DNA from: a virus
Lineage: Duplodnaviria; Heunggongvirae; Uroviricota; Caudoviricetes
Strand: one strand, 5' to 3'
Length of the DNA stretch: 64,000 nt
Virus record (IMG/VR): IMGVR_UViG_3300017565_000001
Location: 141,741 to 205,740 of that record
Position 1 is the first letter of the stretch. Each line of letters starts with the position of its first letter. This document shows positions 44,697-54,636 of the stretch, piece by piece. Position numbers and translations under genes: made by a program. The notes beneath the pieces are model-generated. The model searched no databases and had not been told where the DNA came from. It saw nothing but the letters and a program-made list of their open reading frames with translations.

Positions 44697-46175
44697 ATGT
44701 TTGAAAATATCCTTCCTTCCAACTTCATCCTTGCTTGTGACACGTACAAGTTCGACCACTGGGCCCAGTACCCCGCCGACACGGAGCAAATCTATGTTGT
44801 CGTGGTGCCTCGCAAGCCCAGCAAGTATGCTGACAAGATCGTGGCAATGGGCCAAACGTTCGTGGCTGAAATTCTGGCCAACGTCCGTATTACCATGGAC
44901 ATGATCGACGAAGCCGAACTGGAAGTGAACCAACAAGGCTATGACTTCAACCGTTCCGGCTGGGAATATATCGTCAAGGAATTTGGCGGTCGTCTCCCAC
45001 TCCAAGTCTTCGCGGTCGAAGAAGGTCGTATCGTTTTGCCCCAAACGCCTGTCATGGGTCTCATCAATACTGGCGGCAAGCCTAACGCTTGGTTGCCTGG
45101 CTATGTGGAAACGTGGGTCCAGCAAATCGTGTGGAAAATGTCGACTGTCTCGAGTGTTGCTCGCGCTTGCCGACTGACCATTCGCGAATACATGGAAGCC
45201 ACCAGCTCATCCCTCGCAGGCCTGGATTGGGCGCTCCACAACTTCGGCGATCGTGGTGCTGACAGCCCCGAAGAAGCACCTGTCATGGCTGGTATCGGCC
45301 ATGCAGCTCTGTTCAACGGTTCCGACTGCGCCCGTAGCAACCGTTTCATCAAGAAGATGTACGGTTACGACAAGGCCGCCACCAGTTCCGTCATCGCAAC
45401 TGAACACTCCAGCATGTGCGCCAATTCCGACGCCCGTGAAAAGGATGACTTCGGTGCTGCTCTGATGGCCGTTGAACGTCTGGAACACGCTGTGAAGCGC
45501 ACCCAGAACGGTATTGGTGTACCCGTGGTTTCCGCTGTGATCGACACCTACGATCCGCGCCGCTTTGTGCGCGATTACATGGGTGATCGTCTCAAGGATC
45601 GCATCGTTAATTCCGGTGGGAAGATGGTGATGCGTCCTGATAGCGGCGATGTTCTGGTCGAACCATCCATGGTCGCCCGTGACATCGAAGCCACCTTCGG
45701 AGCCCCGCTGAACAGCAAGGGTTACAAGGAATTCCCCGCTTACGTGGGTGAAATCCAAGGTGACGGCGTAAAGGTCACCACCGTTGGTCCCATCCTGAAG
45801 GCTTTCGCTGACAGTGGCTTTGCTACTGCTGGCCTAGTCCTGGGTATGGGTGGTGGTATTACCCATGAAGGCGGTCGTGATGACTTCAGCTTCTCCATGA
45901 AGGCTATTGCCCGTTTCGACGGCACTCGCTGGATTCCGATGTTGAAGGAACCCAAGACCGACACCAGCAAGAAGTCGCTCACTGGTCTCGTTCGTTGCCG
46001 TGAAAACGCTGACGGCGAACTGGAAGTCTTCGATGCCCTGAAGGGTGGTCAACTTCACAGCTTCCTGAAGCCCTGCGCAGGTTGGCAGCTCTGGGTTGAA
46101 AACGGTTATCGCGTCTACCGTCAAAAGTGGGACGATGTCCGTGCTCGCGCCCGTGCTGACAGTCCGTCGGTCTAA
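44697..46175 (+). CDS. nadV: nicotinamide phosphoribosyltransferase (NAMPT)
   Basis: DTYKF.H, LHNFGDRG, ATEHS, IDTYD, RPDSGD, QGDG, GMGGG, FSMKA, K.S..G. Confidence 0.93.
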   Translation: MFENILPSNFILACDTYKFDHWAQYPADTEQIYVVVVPRKPSKYADKIVAMGQTFVAEILANVRITMDMIDEAELEVNQQGYDFNRSGWEYIVKEFGGRLPLQVFAVEEGRIVLPQTPVMGLINTGGKPNAWLPGYVETWVQQIVWKMSTVSSVARACRLTIREYMEATSSSLAGLDWALHNFGDRGADSPEEAPVMAGIGHAALFNGSDCARSNRFIKKMYGYDKAATSSVIATEHSSMCANSDAREKDDFGAALMAVERLEHAVKRTQNGIGVPVVSAVIDTYDPRRFVRDYMGDRLKDRIVNSGGKMVMRPDSGDVLVEPSMVARDIEATFGAPLNSKGYKEFPAYVGEIQGDGVKVTTVGPILKAFADSGFATAGLVLGMGGGITHEGGRDDFSFSMKAIARFDGTRWIPMLKEPKTDTSKKSLTGLVRCRENADGELEVFDALKGGQLHSFLKPCAGWQLWVENGYRVYRQKWDDVRARARADSPSV

Positions 46176-46262
46176 GGTCTGATGTGGTTGATGGGGAGAC
46201 AATTGTCTCCCCATCATTTTGTGCTTGACGCCAAATGATTACCATCTTAAACTGGCGACATC

Positions 46263-46646
46263 TTGTTAAAGGAGACTCAAATGAACTTCGCAACCCGTGC
46301 CCTGCTCGACGTTCTCGCCAAGTTTGCTCCCCATGCTATGCCCAAGATGCCCGAGCAGGAAGTCCACAAACCTCAGGGTGGCTGGGTGGAAATCATCATG
46401 GACCTCGGCGGGCGTGAAATGAAAAAGGCCGACTGGTGCCACGTACTGGATGGTGGTCACATCATGTACGAAGTGCGTCTCGCCATGGCAATCCGTGACG
46501 AGCTGATGGCTCGTTGCAATACCGCTCCCAACCTGGAGCAAATCTACATGTGGGAATCCATGGCTGCCGGTCATACCGACTATAGCACCAAGCTGGCCCG
46601 CAAGTGCTACGAATTCGAAATGGCAGTCGTAAGGACGATTCAATGA
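46263..46646 (+). CDS. hypothetical protein
   Basis: AAGGAG RBS before ATG ~46281; HTDYSTK motif. Confidence 0.65.
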   Translation: MLKETQMNFATRALLDVLAKFAPHAMPKMPEQEVHKPQGGWVEIIMDLGGREMKKADWCHVLDGGHIMYEVRLAMAIRDELMARCNTAPNLEQIYMWESMAAGHTDYSTKLARKCYEFEMAVVRTIQ

Positions 46647-47101
46647 CCCAGAAACAATCTCTTCTCCTCGTCGCGTTGGTGGCTCTTCTGTTGATCCTGG
46701 GAGGGTGCGGTGACGATGCCGAGATCCAGCAACAACGTTCGGCCGCTCTAATATATTCGCCTGAAGTCACCAAAGAAACTTCAACACTTGCGAGTGAGTT
46801 CACCCAAGCTGGTATCGCAAACATTTCCCTGGAATGCTTTCAGAGAATTTATGGGAGATTTATGACCCAAGAAGATCTCACTCCTCTCATCGTTGTTCGC
46901 TACAAGGATCGGTTTGGTGATCACGAATTCCGAGTCAAGGTTGCGGGCCGTTGCCGTGCTAGTGGCGTCTTTGCCGAAATGAGGATGGTAAAAGCTGATG
47001 TAGCCAAAACGTTCTTGCTTTATGATCTGGAACCCAGTATCTTGTTGCCGTATTTCAAGGCGGCACTAACACACGCCAAAGAACAAAAGTCAAAACTCTA
47101 A
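46604..47101 (+). CDS. putative lipoprotein (start likely MTQKQ)
   Basis: hydrophobic signal ending LGGC (lipobox). Confidence 0.6.
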   Translation: MLRIRNGSRKDDSMTQKQSLLLVALVALLLILGGCGDDAEIQQQRSAALIYSPEVTKETSTLASEFTQAGIANISLECFQRIYGRFMTQEDLTPLIVVRYKDRFGDHEFRVKVAGRCRASGVFAEMRMVKADVAKTFLLYDLEPSILLPYFKAALTHAKEQKSKL

Positions 47102-47111
47102 TAAGGCAAGC

Positions 47112-47783
47112 ATGTCAGATTACGCGAAGCATACCCCCAGCACTGATGCACTGGAAACACTCGGCACGATTCATACTCGTGCCGAGCATCGTGATGCCAT
47201 TCACCTTGGTGTCGAGCCCATCGAAGCAGGCGAAAAGTTGGCTCCTGGTGAGCATATCGGTATCCATAACGGGAAAGCCTACAGCGTGGGTGAGCACTAT
47301 CCAGAAAAGTATCCCAAGGAACCCATGTTCGAGGTCAAGGGCCTAGGGATCGTGGATCCATTCCTGGAGCGGAAAGTAAAGGAAGGCGAACGTTTCTGGC
47401 TTGTCGTCTATCCTCGTCAGATTACCAGCCTGCGTCACGTGTGGGAACATCCGGATTTTCCGGCATCACAGGATCTCAAACCCGTCGATCTTACCGATTA
47501 CGAACAGGATCAAGTCATTCGTCGCCTGGATGGGCGACATCAAGCACAACAGTGGATCCAAGATTACGCCGACAGCCTGAGTCTGGATTACGACGAGTTG
47601 ATGGAAGGTGCTGACGATTGGATCGCCACCAACGATGGTCGTTGGGGTGGTCAATATCTGTGCAAGGGTGGCAACCTGGAAGGCGAATCGACCAGTCCTG
47701 AATTCTGGGAACATTACGCCAAGGTGCGTGGTGTTGAAGTACCTGCAGAACATCGTTCCAACTTCTTCACCTGCTCCTGCTGA
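47112..47783 (+). CDS. conserved phage hypothetical protein
   Basis: RDAIH, GIVDPFL, RH.WEHP, C-terminal FFTCSC. Confidence 0.75.
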   Translation: MSDYAKHTPSTDALETLGTIHTRAEHRDAIHLGVEPIEAGEKLAPGEHIGIHNGKAYSVGEHYPEKYPKEPMFEVKGLGIVDPFLERKVKEGERFWLVVYPRQITSLRHVWEHPDFPASQDLKPVDLTDYEQDQVIRRLDGRHQAQQWIQDYADSLSLDYDELMEGADDWIATNDGRWGGQYLCKGGNLEGESTSPEFWEHYAKVRGVEVPAEHRSNFFTCSC

Positions 47784-47823
47784 TAACGATCACACACGCA
47801 ATCAACAAAATCAAAGGATAGCG

Positions 47824-48030
47824 ATGAGCTACAAAACTGAGATCACCATCACGGTTCCCCAGCTGAAAGAGATGCTGACCAACCAATTGGCATCCATGTA
47901 TCCCAATCACACCATCAAAGATGTTCGCTTCACCATTAGTGGTAGTGGCGATGATCGCTTTGGTTCGTCATTCCCCACGGTGCAGGATGTGCGGGTAGAG
48001 ATGGTTCCCAAGAACACCACCAACTACTAA
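47824..48030 (+). CDS. hypothetical protein
   Basis: AAGGA RBS. Confidence 0.6.
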   Translation: MSYKTEITITVPQLKEMLTNQLASMYPNHTIKDVRFTISGSGDDRFGSSFPTVQDVRVEMVPKNTTNY

Positions 48031-48092
48031 GCGTTGACTTGATCGCCATATGAATGTATCGTACACACATACATTCATATGGGAGAACGATC

Positions 48093-48431
48093 ATGGGTCA
48101 AGGTGCCGAAGACGCTGATGCATGGGCTGAAGCGCGAGAAGGCTATAACGAATTGCGGGCTTTGATGAAGGGTGCTGGCAAGCCCTCCAAAGCCCCTTCC
48201 CGTGCTTCCACGATGAAGACGCAATACGACGCGAATCGTGCTGCAAAGATCGGTTCCAAGCTATCCTGCCCTGTCTGCAGGGCATCCTTCCTTAAAACCA
48301 CCTATCACAAAGTGTTCTGCTCCAACCAGAAGACTCAACGTGGTAGTTCGTCATGCAAGGATCAATACTGGAACGTTGCTACTCCTGAACGTAAGGAGCG
48401 GACAGCCCGCGTCCTGGATGGTGAGCTGTAG
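48093..48431 (+). CDS. zinc-finger-like hypothetical protein
   Basis: CPVC...F.K..Y...FCS ... CKD.YWN. Confidence 0.6.
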   Translation: MGQGAEDADAWAEAREGYNELRALMKGAGKPSKAPSRASTMKTQYDANRAAKIGSKLSCPVCRASFLKTTYHKVFCSNQKTQRGSSSCKDQYWNVATPERKERTARVLDGEL

Positions 48432-48595
48432 CCAAATCTGCGAATATCTACCTGGAGATTGACACATCATCAATGAGTGATTACCAAATCTCGTGATGTT
48501 GCTTGGTATACTATCAAAGGGTTAGATGCCAAATCCCATTGAGTATTGTCCTACTCTCCGTGAAGAATGGCATTACAATGGCTAATTCGCAGAAG

Positions 48596-48653
48596 TCTAC
48601 CTGGAGTTTACGACATCAAGGACTATTTGGGACTATTTGGGACTATTTGGGAC
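48596..48653 (+). repeat. dispersed 22-nt repeat plus GGACTATTTG tandem repeat
   Basis: TCTACCTGGAGTTTACGACATC identical to 14161-14182; 10-mer x3. Confidence 0.85.
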
Positions 48654-48707
48654 ATTGAGATCCAGGTAGTATACAGTTGTTCGTGAAGTACCTGACAATG
48701 AGGAATA

Positions 48708-49265
48708 ATGGCAAAGATACTTTTCGTTAAAGATACTGGATTCGGGCAATGGACCACCGTAAAAGCTCGAGTACAAGAAGAGTCTGGTAAGAGTATCGCC
48801 ATAACTCGTTATCTGAAGAAATACAATGATGCTCGCTACCTGGCTGTCAGCATCATGGCTGTTAATTTCAACGAACCTCTTGCCACCCGTCCCTTTGCCG
48901 ACATTAATGGTTTCACTCCTGCTCAGTATCACCAGGCCGTAACAGGACTTCGTGCCGTATACGACCAAATCTACCTGGTTGGTCTGCCGGACGCTAACAT
49001 GAATTCGGATGTTGACCTCACACCCACCATATCCACAAATGGAACACAATATCATATTGAAGTTCCTTCATTGAAGAATGGATGGTTAAGCCGGAATTTG
49101 ACCGTTGGAACGCTTCAAGAAGTTGTTGATATTGCTCAGAGAGTTCCTGGTATTTCCCAAGTGCAGTTTCGTTTCGGATACAGCTATTACCTGAAGTGTG
49201 GTGTATCCACTCCAGATATCATGGCATTCATGCTAACCCATGGTGAAGACCTCGTACGACGATGA
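48708..49265 (+). CDS. hypothetical protein
   Basis: GAGGA RBS. Confidence 0.7.
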   Translation: MAKILFVKDTGFGQWTTVKARVQEESGKSIAITRYLKKYNDARYLAVSIMAVNFNEPLATRPFADINGFTPAQYHQAVTGLRAVYDQIYLVGLPDANMNSDVDLTPTISTNGTQYHIEVPSLKNGWLSRNLTVGTLQEVVDIAQRVPGISQVQFRFGYSYYLKCGVSTPDIMAFMLTHGEDLVRR

Positions 49266-49795
49266 GCCGACACATCACTACCATTAGGGATTACAACGAC
49301 GGATACCCATCCACAAAACCAGGTGTCCTCGTCGTGTTCCGTCAACGTATGTACAGTAACGATGGGTCCTATACCTACTATGTGATCTTTCGACCCAGTG
49401 TGGGGAGCAGTTCCACATTCAACTGTATTGATGGTGCCACCTATCGTTTATGGTTGCGGTATCACATGCAGTCATATTCCGTTGTTGAGATCTATCATGG
49501 TGAAGTTCGCTTTGAATTTCCCTTTGAACAGCTTTACCAAACGTCCATGTATTATGAGCCCATTTACAAGCGGTGGGATGGCACCAGTTGGCGTCGTGGC
49601 AATTGTGGTTCCGTGATGGGTCATGCATTTCAAGGAACGTTCAGGGAAGTTCTTGCTGGGATTTTGTCTCACAGTAGTTTCCAGGATATCAAAATACATG
49701 TGGAGCGGGAGTCGTTCTATGTTATGGCCCATGAGTCGGCTGTTATGGCACTCCTCATTCGTGAATCTGAAACTTTTCAAAAGGTGGTGATGTGA
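49262..49795 (+). CDS. hypothetical protein
   Basis: overlapping start/stop chain. Confidence 0.65.
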   Translation: MSRHITTIRDYNDGYPSTKPGVLVVFRQRMYSNDGSYTYYVIFRPSVGSSSTFNCIDGATYRLWLRYHMQSYSVVEIYHGEVRFEFPFEQLYQTSMYYEPIYKRWDGTSWRRGNCGSVMGHAFQGTFREVLAGILSHSSFQDIKIHVERESFYVMAHESAVMALLIRESETFQKVVM

Positions 49796-50532
49796 TGTCT
49801 ATCGTCAAATGGTTCAAGTCGTTGTTTCGGAAACCCCGACACCACAAATTCTTGTGGAACCCTCCTGCGGTTGATCGTGATACCGTGGAGGTGTCAGTAT
49901 TTCGTTGGGACCACAAACACCCAGATGGCACCAGGGTCCATTACTTGACTGTTTGTTGCCATGCCAAGAACCAATCTGGTTGGATTCCCGCCGCTACTGT
50001 TACTCGACATAATGGAATCTCCGCCACTCAGTATCGAGAATTATTGAGATCGGCCCATACTGGTGATGGCAAAATCCTAATTGTCAAATCCCATTTATTC
50101 AACAATCCGTCACCAGACTTTCTGGAAACAACTGTCAATCTGAGTATGTTCCATGATCCAGGAATGGATACCTGGACTGCGTCATATTGGAACCTGGTTA
50201 ACGGTGTGTGGCTGCACCGCACCCATGAAAGTTCCTGCATTCGAGCGATACTTGGCCATGTTCTGGAACATTCTGCTAGTGAGAAAATCCAGATATCGGG
50301 ATATAGGGGAGCGGGGATCACGATCGATCGTGATGATGCCTCGATCACCTACGCTCTGTTCAGAGATCAATATGGTATTCTGGGGATCAATCCCGACAAT
50401 TGGCATTCGGATGGCGACGAATTCAAGGAAAACTTCCCAGATTTTGCACCACCCCCTCCACCAACCCCCAATATGATCAAGCGACGAATACAGTACCGCC
50501 AAATCAGGGTTAAGCGTGGAACTAGTCGGTAA
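49792..50532 (+). CDS. hypothetical protein
   Basis: overlapping start/stop chain. Confidence 0.65.
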   Translation: MMSIVKWFKSLFRKPRHHKFLWNPPAVDRDTVEVSVFRWDHKHPDGTRVHYLTVCCHAKNQSGWIPAATVTRHNGISATQYRELLRSAHTGDGKILIVKSHLFNNPSPDFLETTVNLSMFHDPGMDTWTASYWNLVNGVWLHRTHESSCIRAILGHVLEHSASEKIQISGYRGAGITIDRDDASITYALFRDQYGILGINPDNWHSDGDEFKENFPDFAPPPPPTPNMIKRRIQYRQIRVKRGTSR

Positions 50533-50544
50533 ATGGGAGGGATA

Positions 50545-51132
50545 ATGAAATTCATCAAAGACTGGTTACGTCGACGCCGTATCAAAACGGGGCGCTTGCG
50601 CTGGGCTCGGTTACGGTATACTGATGTCAACATTCGTATCGCCAAAGATAAACCGTTGCTTATATTGAAGCGAACTGTTGTCCAATTTCATGACGGAACC
50701 ATTCGTCATGACGTGACGCTTCGCTCCATATCAATGGGTGGATATTCGTACGATCATAGAATCACTGGAGCATCTGCTGGTGAATACAAGAGTATGATTT
50801 CTTCCCTGCGACGCAGCTTCAATCCAGAACAATTTGTGGTACTTAAGACGATTGATCACGACTATCGACAAAACGTCAATAGCGAACTGTGGCGAGTAAA
50901 GGGCACCAAATATCGTGGTCCCTATTGGGAGTTGCGTAGTTGGGAACTCAAGGGTAAATCCTATGTGTTGAAAACCAACGCATCTCAGGATGTTCACAAG
51001 TTGCTGATGTTGGCGCCAAATATTGGCGATGGCCTATTGTTGCAGTTTGGGCAGCATGTGATTCCCAAAACACAAGAAGACATCATGATGTTCATCCTGT
51101 CTTCGAGTGAAGAATTGGCGACCATGTCTTGA
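50545..51132 (+). CDS. hypothetical protein
   Basis: GGGAGG RBS. Confidence 0.65.
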   Translation: MKFIKDWLRRRRIKTGRLRWARLRYTDVNIRIAKDKPLLILKRTVVQFHDGTIRHDVTLRSISMGGYSYDHRITGASAGEYKSMISSLRRSFNPEQFVVLKTIDHDYRQNVNSELWRVKGTKYRGPYWELRSWELKGKSYVLKTNASQDVHKLLMLAPNIGDGLLLQFGQHVIPKTQEDIMMFILSSSEELATMS

Positions 51133-51172
51133 TTTCTCCACCAAATGAACATAGAATAAGTTCATCGCAACC

Positions 51173-51409
51173 TTGCAATTGGAGAAAACAATGGATATGT
51201 CACGCAAAAGCAGCCTGATCGCCGGCGAAATTCTGGATCATCTGCATCTGGGCCAAGTTGTGTTCTCGGAAATCTGTCAAGAACTGGAAAAGCGTGACGG
51301 TGAACCGTCGAGTCTGTTTGTGCAAGACGGTGACGAAGTCCTGCAAGTGACCCTGGGTCTCATCCAACGCCGCACCAAGGGTGGCCATTACGTTCGCATG
51401 TGTGCATGA
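51173..51409 (+). CDS. hypothetical protein
   Basis: GGAG RBS; start may be ~51191. Confidence 0.55.
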   Translation: MQLEKTMDMSRKSSLIAGEILDHLHLGQVVFSEICQELEKRDGEPSSLFVQDGDEVLQVTLGLIQRRTKGGHYVRMCA

Positions 51410-51948
51410 ACAGCAACGACAGTTTCTGGATTACTCGCCACTATCTGGAGATTCTGGATAGTGGCCTGTTTCTTGTCAACGTGGAAGTGTTGGCTCCTGA
51501 AGAAGATCGTGAGGTCATTCACAGTTGGAATGTTGACCCCAGGCGATACCGCAAGGACTTGGAACGATTCTTCAAAACCAGAAAATATCGTGGTACTACC
51601 ATAAAACTGGACAACGCATCCAGGTGGACGGGGCGATTTACTCAGATTCCAAGAGAACTATGGTTTGACACACCGCATCTCACCATTGTGGGTGCTGGCG
51701 CAAACCCTCTTTCCTCGATATCAATATACGAACATTTTGCAGGTTCGAATCTGGTGGGCAGCAAGGCTACGGATTTCCGAGCAGTAAGCCGACTATCAAA
51801 AGCCCTTGATGCTGTTGCCAAACTTGATTACGATAAGTTCGTCGTGATTGATTCTATGGCACGTTCGGGTACAACATGGCATCCTGACGCGGTCCGAATT
51901 TACGATCTTTCTGATGAAGTCATCATGATGCTCAAGCTGCAAATTTGA
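51406..51948 (+). CDS. hypothetical protein
   Basis: C-terminal DLSDEVIMMLKL. Confidence 0.65.
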   Translation: MNSNDSFWITRHYLEILDSGLFLVNVEVLAPEEDREVIHSWNVDPRRYRKDLERFFKTRKYRGTTIKLDNASRWTGRFTQIPRELWFDTPHLTIVGAGANPLSSISIYEHFAGSNLVGSKATDFRAVSRLSKALDAVAKLDYDKFVVIDSMARSGTTWHPDAVRIYDLSDEVIMMLKLQI

Positions 51949-52024
51949 TTACAAGTGTACGTTCAGCTTAGGGTTGTTCATAGTGAGCCTTGATGCTACT
52001 ATGAAGCGCACAATGGAGGGGTTG

Positions 52025-52522
52025 ATGAAGATTTTGATGGTAGGTGGTACGTTCAATAACGAGGGTGGGCGAGCTTCTGGCTATTTCGCAAAACTCACCA
52101 TGGCAATCGTTGAATCGGTTGGTGTTGGTGCAACGATCATTAACGGTGGAACCTACCAGTCGTTGGTTGATACAGTTGAGCAAACTCCGAATGTTACGCA
52201 TTTGTTCTGGTTTGCAGATGTTCCCAACGATCTACCCAAATTACTCCCAGGGCTCCGTGAACGAAACCCTGACATGATGTTGTTCACCAGTAAGAACAAT
52301 CGTCAACAGAAATATTCCCGCGCACAATTGGTTCAGCGCCTTATTGATGCGCAAGGTCAGTATCTGATTGAATTCACCAATCTGGATTCTACGCTACCCA
52401 GTAGCCCTTTGGTGGCGTCAATACATGGTCCTGATGGTACCACGTATATGCTTCACGGAGCTCTAGTTACCAGAGTTGGATCAACGATCGCAAAGCTTAT
52501 GACAGGAGACGTGAATGAGTGA
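52025..52522 (+). CDS. hypothetical protein
   Basis: GGAGG RBS before MKILMVGG. Confidence 0.65.
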   Translation: MKILMVGGTFNNEGGRASGYFAKLTMAIVESVGVGATIINGGTYQSLVDTVEQTPNVTHLFWFADVPNDLPKLLPGLRERNPDMMLFTSKNNRQQKYSRAQLVQRLIDAQGQYLIEFTNLDSTLPSSPLVASIHGPDGTTYMLHGALVTRVGSTIAKLMTGDVNE

Positions 52523-53387
52523 AGTACGGATTTTGATTGTGGGTGAGCGCGGCCTTGTTGCCCAACGACTTCGCGAACGGTTGGAAAAGGATGACTTTGA
52601 GGTCCAGGTCATCTCCACCGACGAAGCCCTTACTGGAAACCTGCAGGGCAGCGTAAACGGTAAGGATGTAGTCGTATTGTGTGGTCAAGATTTCGTGAGT
52701 TCTCAAGTCATGGATCGTCTCCCAGATGGAGTGCGAGTCCTAGATGTGAGTCCCACATTTCGCAACTATCCGTCATGGGTGTACGGACTGCCCGAACTAC
52801 ATGACGGGTATGATAAAATCCGTCATGCTACACGAGTGGCCAATCCTGGATGCTTTGCCACTGCGGCCATCCTTGCCTTGGAACCACCAACAAAAGGTCG
52901 CATGATACCCAGGTATACCCACGTGTATCTGGACGCGACCGCTGGATATTCTTCTGGTGGGACCAAGCTCATAAACCAGGTTACTGATGGACTCATGGTG
53001 AACGAAACCATGTTCAGTCTGAATCGAGAACACCGACACGTTCAGGAAATCAAAACACACTCAGGCGCAAGCGGTCCAGTGATTTTTCACCCCAAGGTCG
53101 ATCCGTTGACTTTCAGTGGGACTCGTATGGTGGTGAGCATCCCCAACGTTCGAGCAGACGAACTCAGAGCCTTGTACCGTGAAGTGTATCAGGGCACTGA
53201 AATTATTGTCCTTGACGACAATCCGTCCAGCATCAAGGTGAACGACTGGGCGGACAAGGAGGGGGCATGTTTGCGGGTGTATGAAAACGAAATAGGATCA
53301 ACCGTCATATGCACCCTAGACAACCTGTTGAAGGGTGCGGTGAGTGCAGCAGTGCGCAATGTCACTTTGATGACGCAGAAAGCCTAA
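52515..53387 (+). CDS. argC: N-acetyl-gamma-glutamyl-phosphate reductase
   Basis: G..GLV Rossmann start, DVS..FR...WVYGLPEL, RVANPGCFAT, GYSSGG, LDNLLKGA. Confidence 0.85.
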   Translation: MSEVRILIVGERGLVAQRLRERLEKDDFEVQVISTDEALTGNLQGSVNGKDVVVLCGQDFVSSQVMDRLPDGVRVLDVSPTFRNYPSWVYGLPELHDGYDKIRHATRVANPGCFATAAILALEPPTKGRMIPRYTHVYLDATAGYSSGGTKLINQVTDGLMVNETMFSLNREHRHVQEIKTHSGASGPVIFHPKVDPLTFSGTRMVVSIPNVRADELRALYREVYQGTEIIVLDDNPSSIKVNDWADKEGACLRVYENEIGSTVICTLDNLLKGAVSAAVRNVTLMTQKA

Positions 53388-53872
53388 AAACGCTTCTGTA
53401 GGTGATACTGATAGGCCTCCAGATACTGACTACGGGTTTGTCCTTCAGCTTCCAAGACCCCTTGCAATAGCCTGGGGTCTTGTAGTTTGAACGTACTGTA
53501 GCCCAAGCACAGACCACCGGAATCGGGCAAGAAGTATAGTTCCTGGTGACCGAGTTCGATGGTTGCGATGTTACTCGTTTGAATGAATATTGGTTCATTA
53601 TTCCAGTAGAACACTCGTCCCATTACTTCGGGATTCACTCCGTAAACCACCTTTTCCAATACTCCACCATTGCGACGTTCAGCCGCTCGCCTATCTCGCA
53701 TTTGCTTTAATGCTTGCCGAAACCACGGTAATGGAACGACCGCCGACTCAATATCAGCATCGGTCAAATCATCAATTCGGTCAACTAGGGCTTGAACTTC
53801 TGGTTTTCTTTTTGCCTCATAAGTCAAAAGTCCCTCAAGTGACTGTCCACGCATAAATACCTCCATTAACAC
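53384..53872 (-). CDS. hypothetical late protein
   Basis: ORF; TAAATA on the - strand upstream. Confidence 0.6.
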   Translation of the reverse strand: MLMEVFMRGQSLEGLLTYEAKRKPEVQALVDRIDDLTDADIESAVVPLPWFRQALKQMRDRRAAERRNGGVLEKVVYGVNPEVMGRVFYWNNEPIFIQTSNIATIELGHQELYFLPDSGGLCLGYSTFKLQDPRLLQGVLEAEGQTRSQYLEAYQYHLQKRF

Positions 53873-53895
53873 TTCAGTTATTTAAGGTAGGGATC

Positions 53896-54627
53896 ATGCG
53901 TGATTTCATCAACGTATTTGACAAGGTATTGAGAGAATTTCAAGTTGGTGCCATTAGCCCAACTTGGTTTAATGGTGCAAAACCAGAGGTTAGCGAACTC
54001 GTTAACCGTTTTATTGATGGATTGAATAGTTCTGAATTCCATGGCTGGTACTGGAATGTAAGTGGCGGTCCGGGCCTTTCTGCAAAACTGTTCACGGGCG
54101 TAAACCCAGAAACCATGGAAATTCGTGGATACTTGGTTTACGACAAACAAGATGGTCTCAAGCAAGAAGAACTTTATAGCTTGAAGGATATCCTGAACCA
54201 TATGCGCCATATGGGTTCCAGTAACCTAGCAGCAAAGCTGGAAGAAGTGGGAGTCAAGGCTCTCAACGAGCAGCAGCGCGCACTAGACGAAAGCTATGGT
54301 CGTGGTTGGGCAATTCTACCAGCAACCATGGTCCTTTATGGCAAGCGAACAGTCGACATCAAGACCGCAGCATCTGAATGGGATGACAGTGTCATCTATG
54401 TTTGTGGTAAAGAAGAAAACGGTAAGAATCGAATCCTGTTTCTGGCCTCAAGTGGTGATCTGGGCATCAAGGTGGGTACTAGCAGCGAAACGTACCACGA
54501 TCAAACTGGTGCAAGCAAAGGCGTTTATACTGTCCTGAACATTGTCCACATTGTTGATGGCGAAATTGTCAGCAAGGTGAACGATATTGGTCTGAATGTA
54601 AAAGCCAGCTTGGCCGTCTTCAAATAA
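53896..54627 (+). CDS. hypothetical late protein
   Basis: ATAAATA at ~53853. Confidence 0.7.
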   Translation: MRDFINVFDKVLREFQVGAISPTWFNGAKPEVSELVNRFIDGLNSSEFHGWYWNVSGGPGLSAKLFTGVNPETMEIRGYLVYDKQDGLKQEELYSLKDILNHMRHMGSSNLAAKLEEVGVKALNEQQRALDESYGRGWAILPATMVLYGKRTVDIKTAASEWDDSVIYVCGKEENGKNRILFLASSGDLGIKVGTSSETYHDQTGASKGVYTVLNIVHIVDGEIVSKVNDIGLNVKASLAVFK

Positions 54628-54636
54628 GGAATAATT

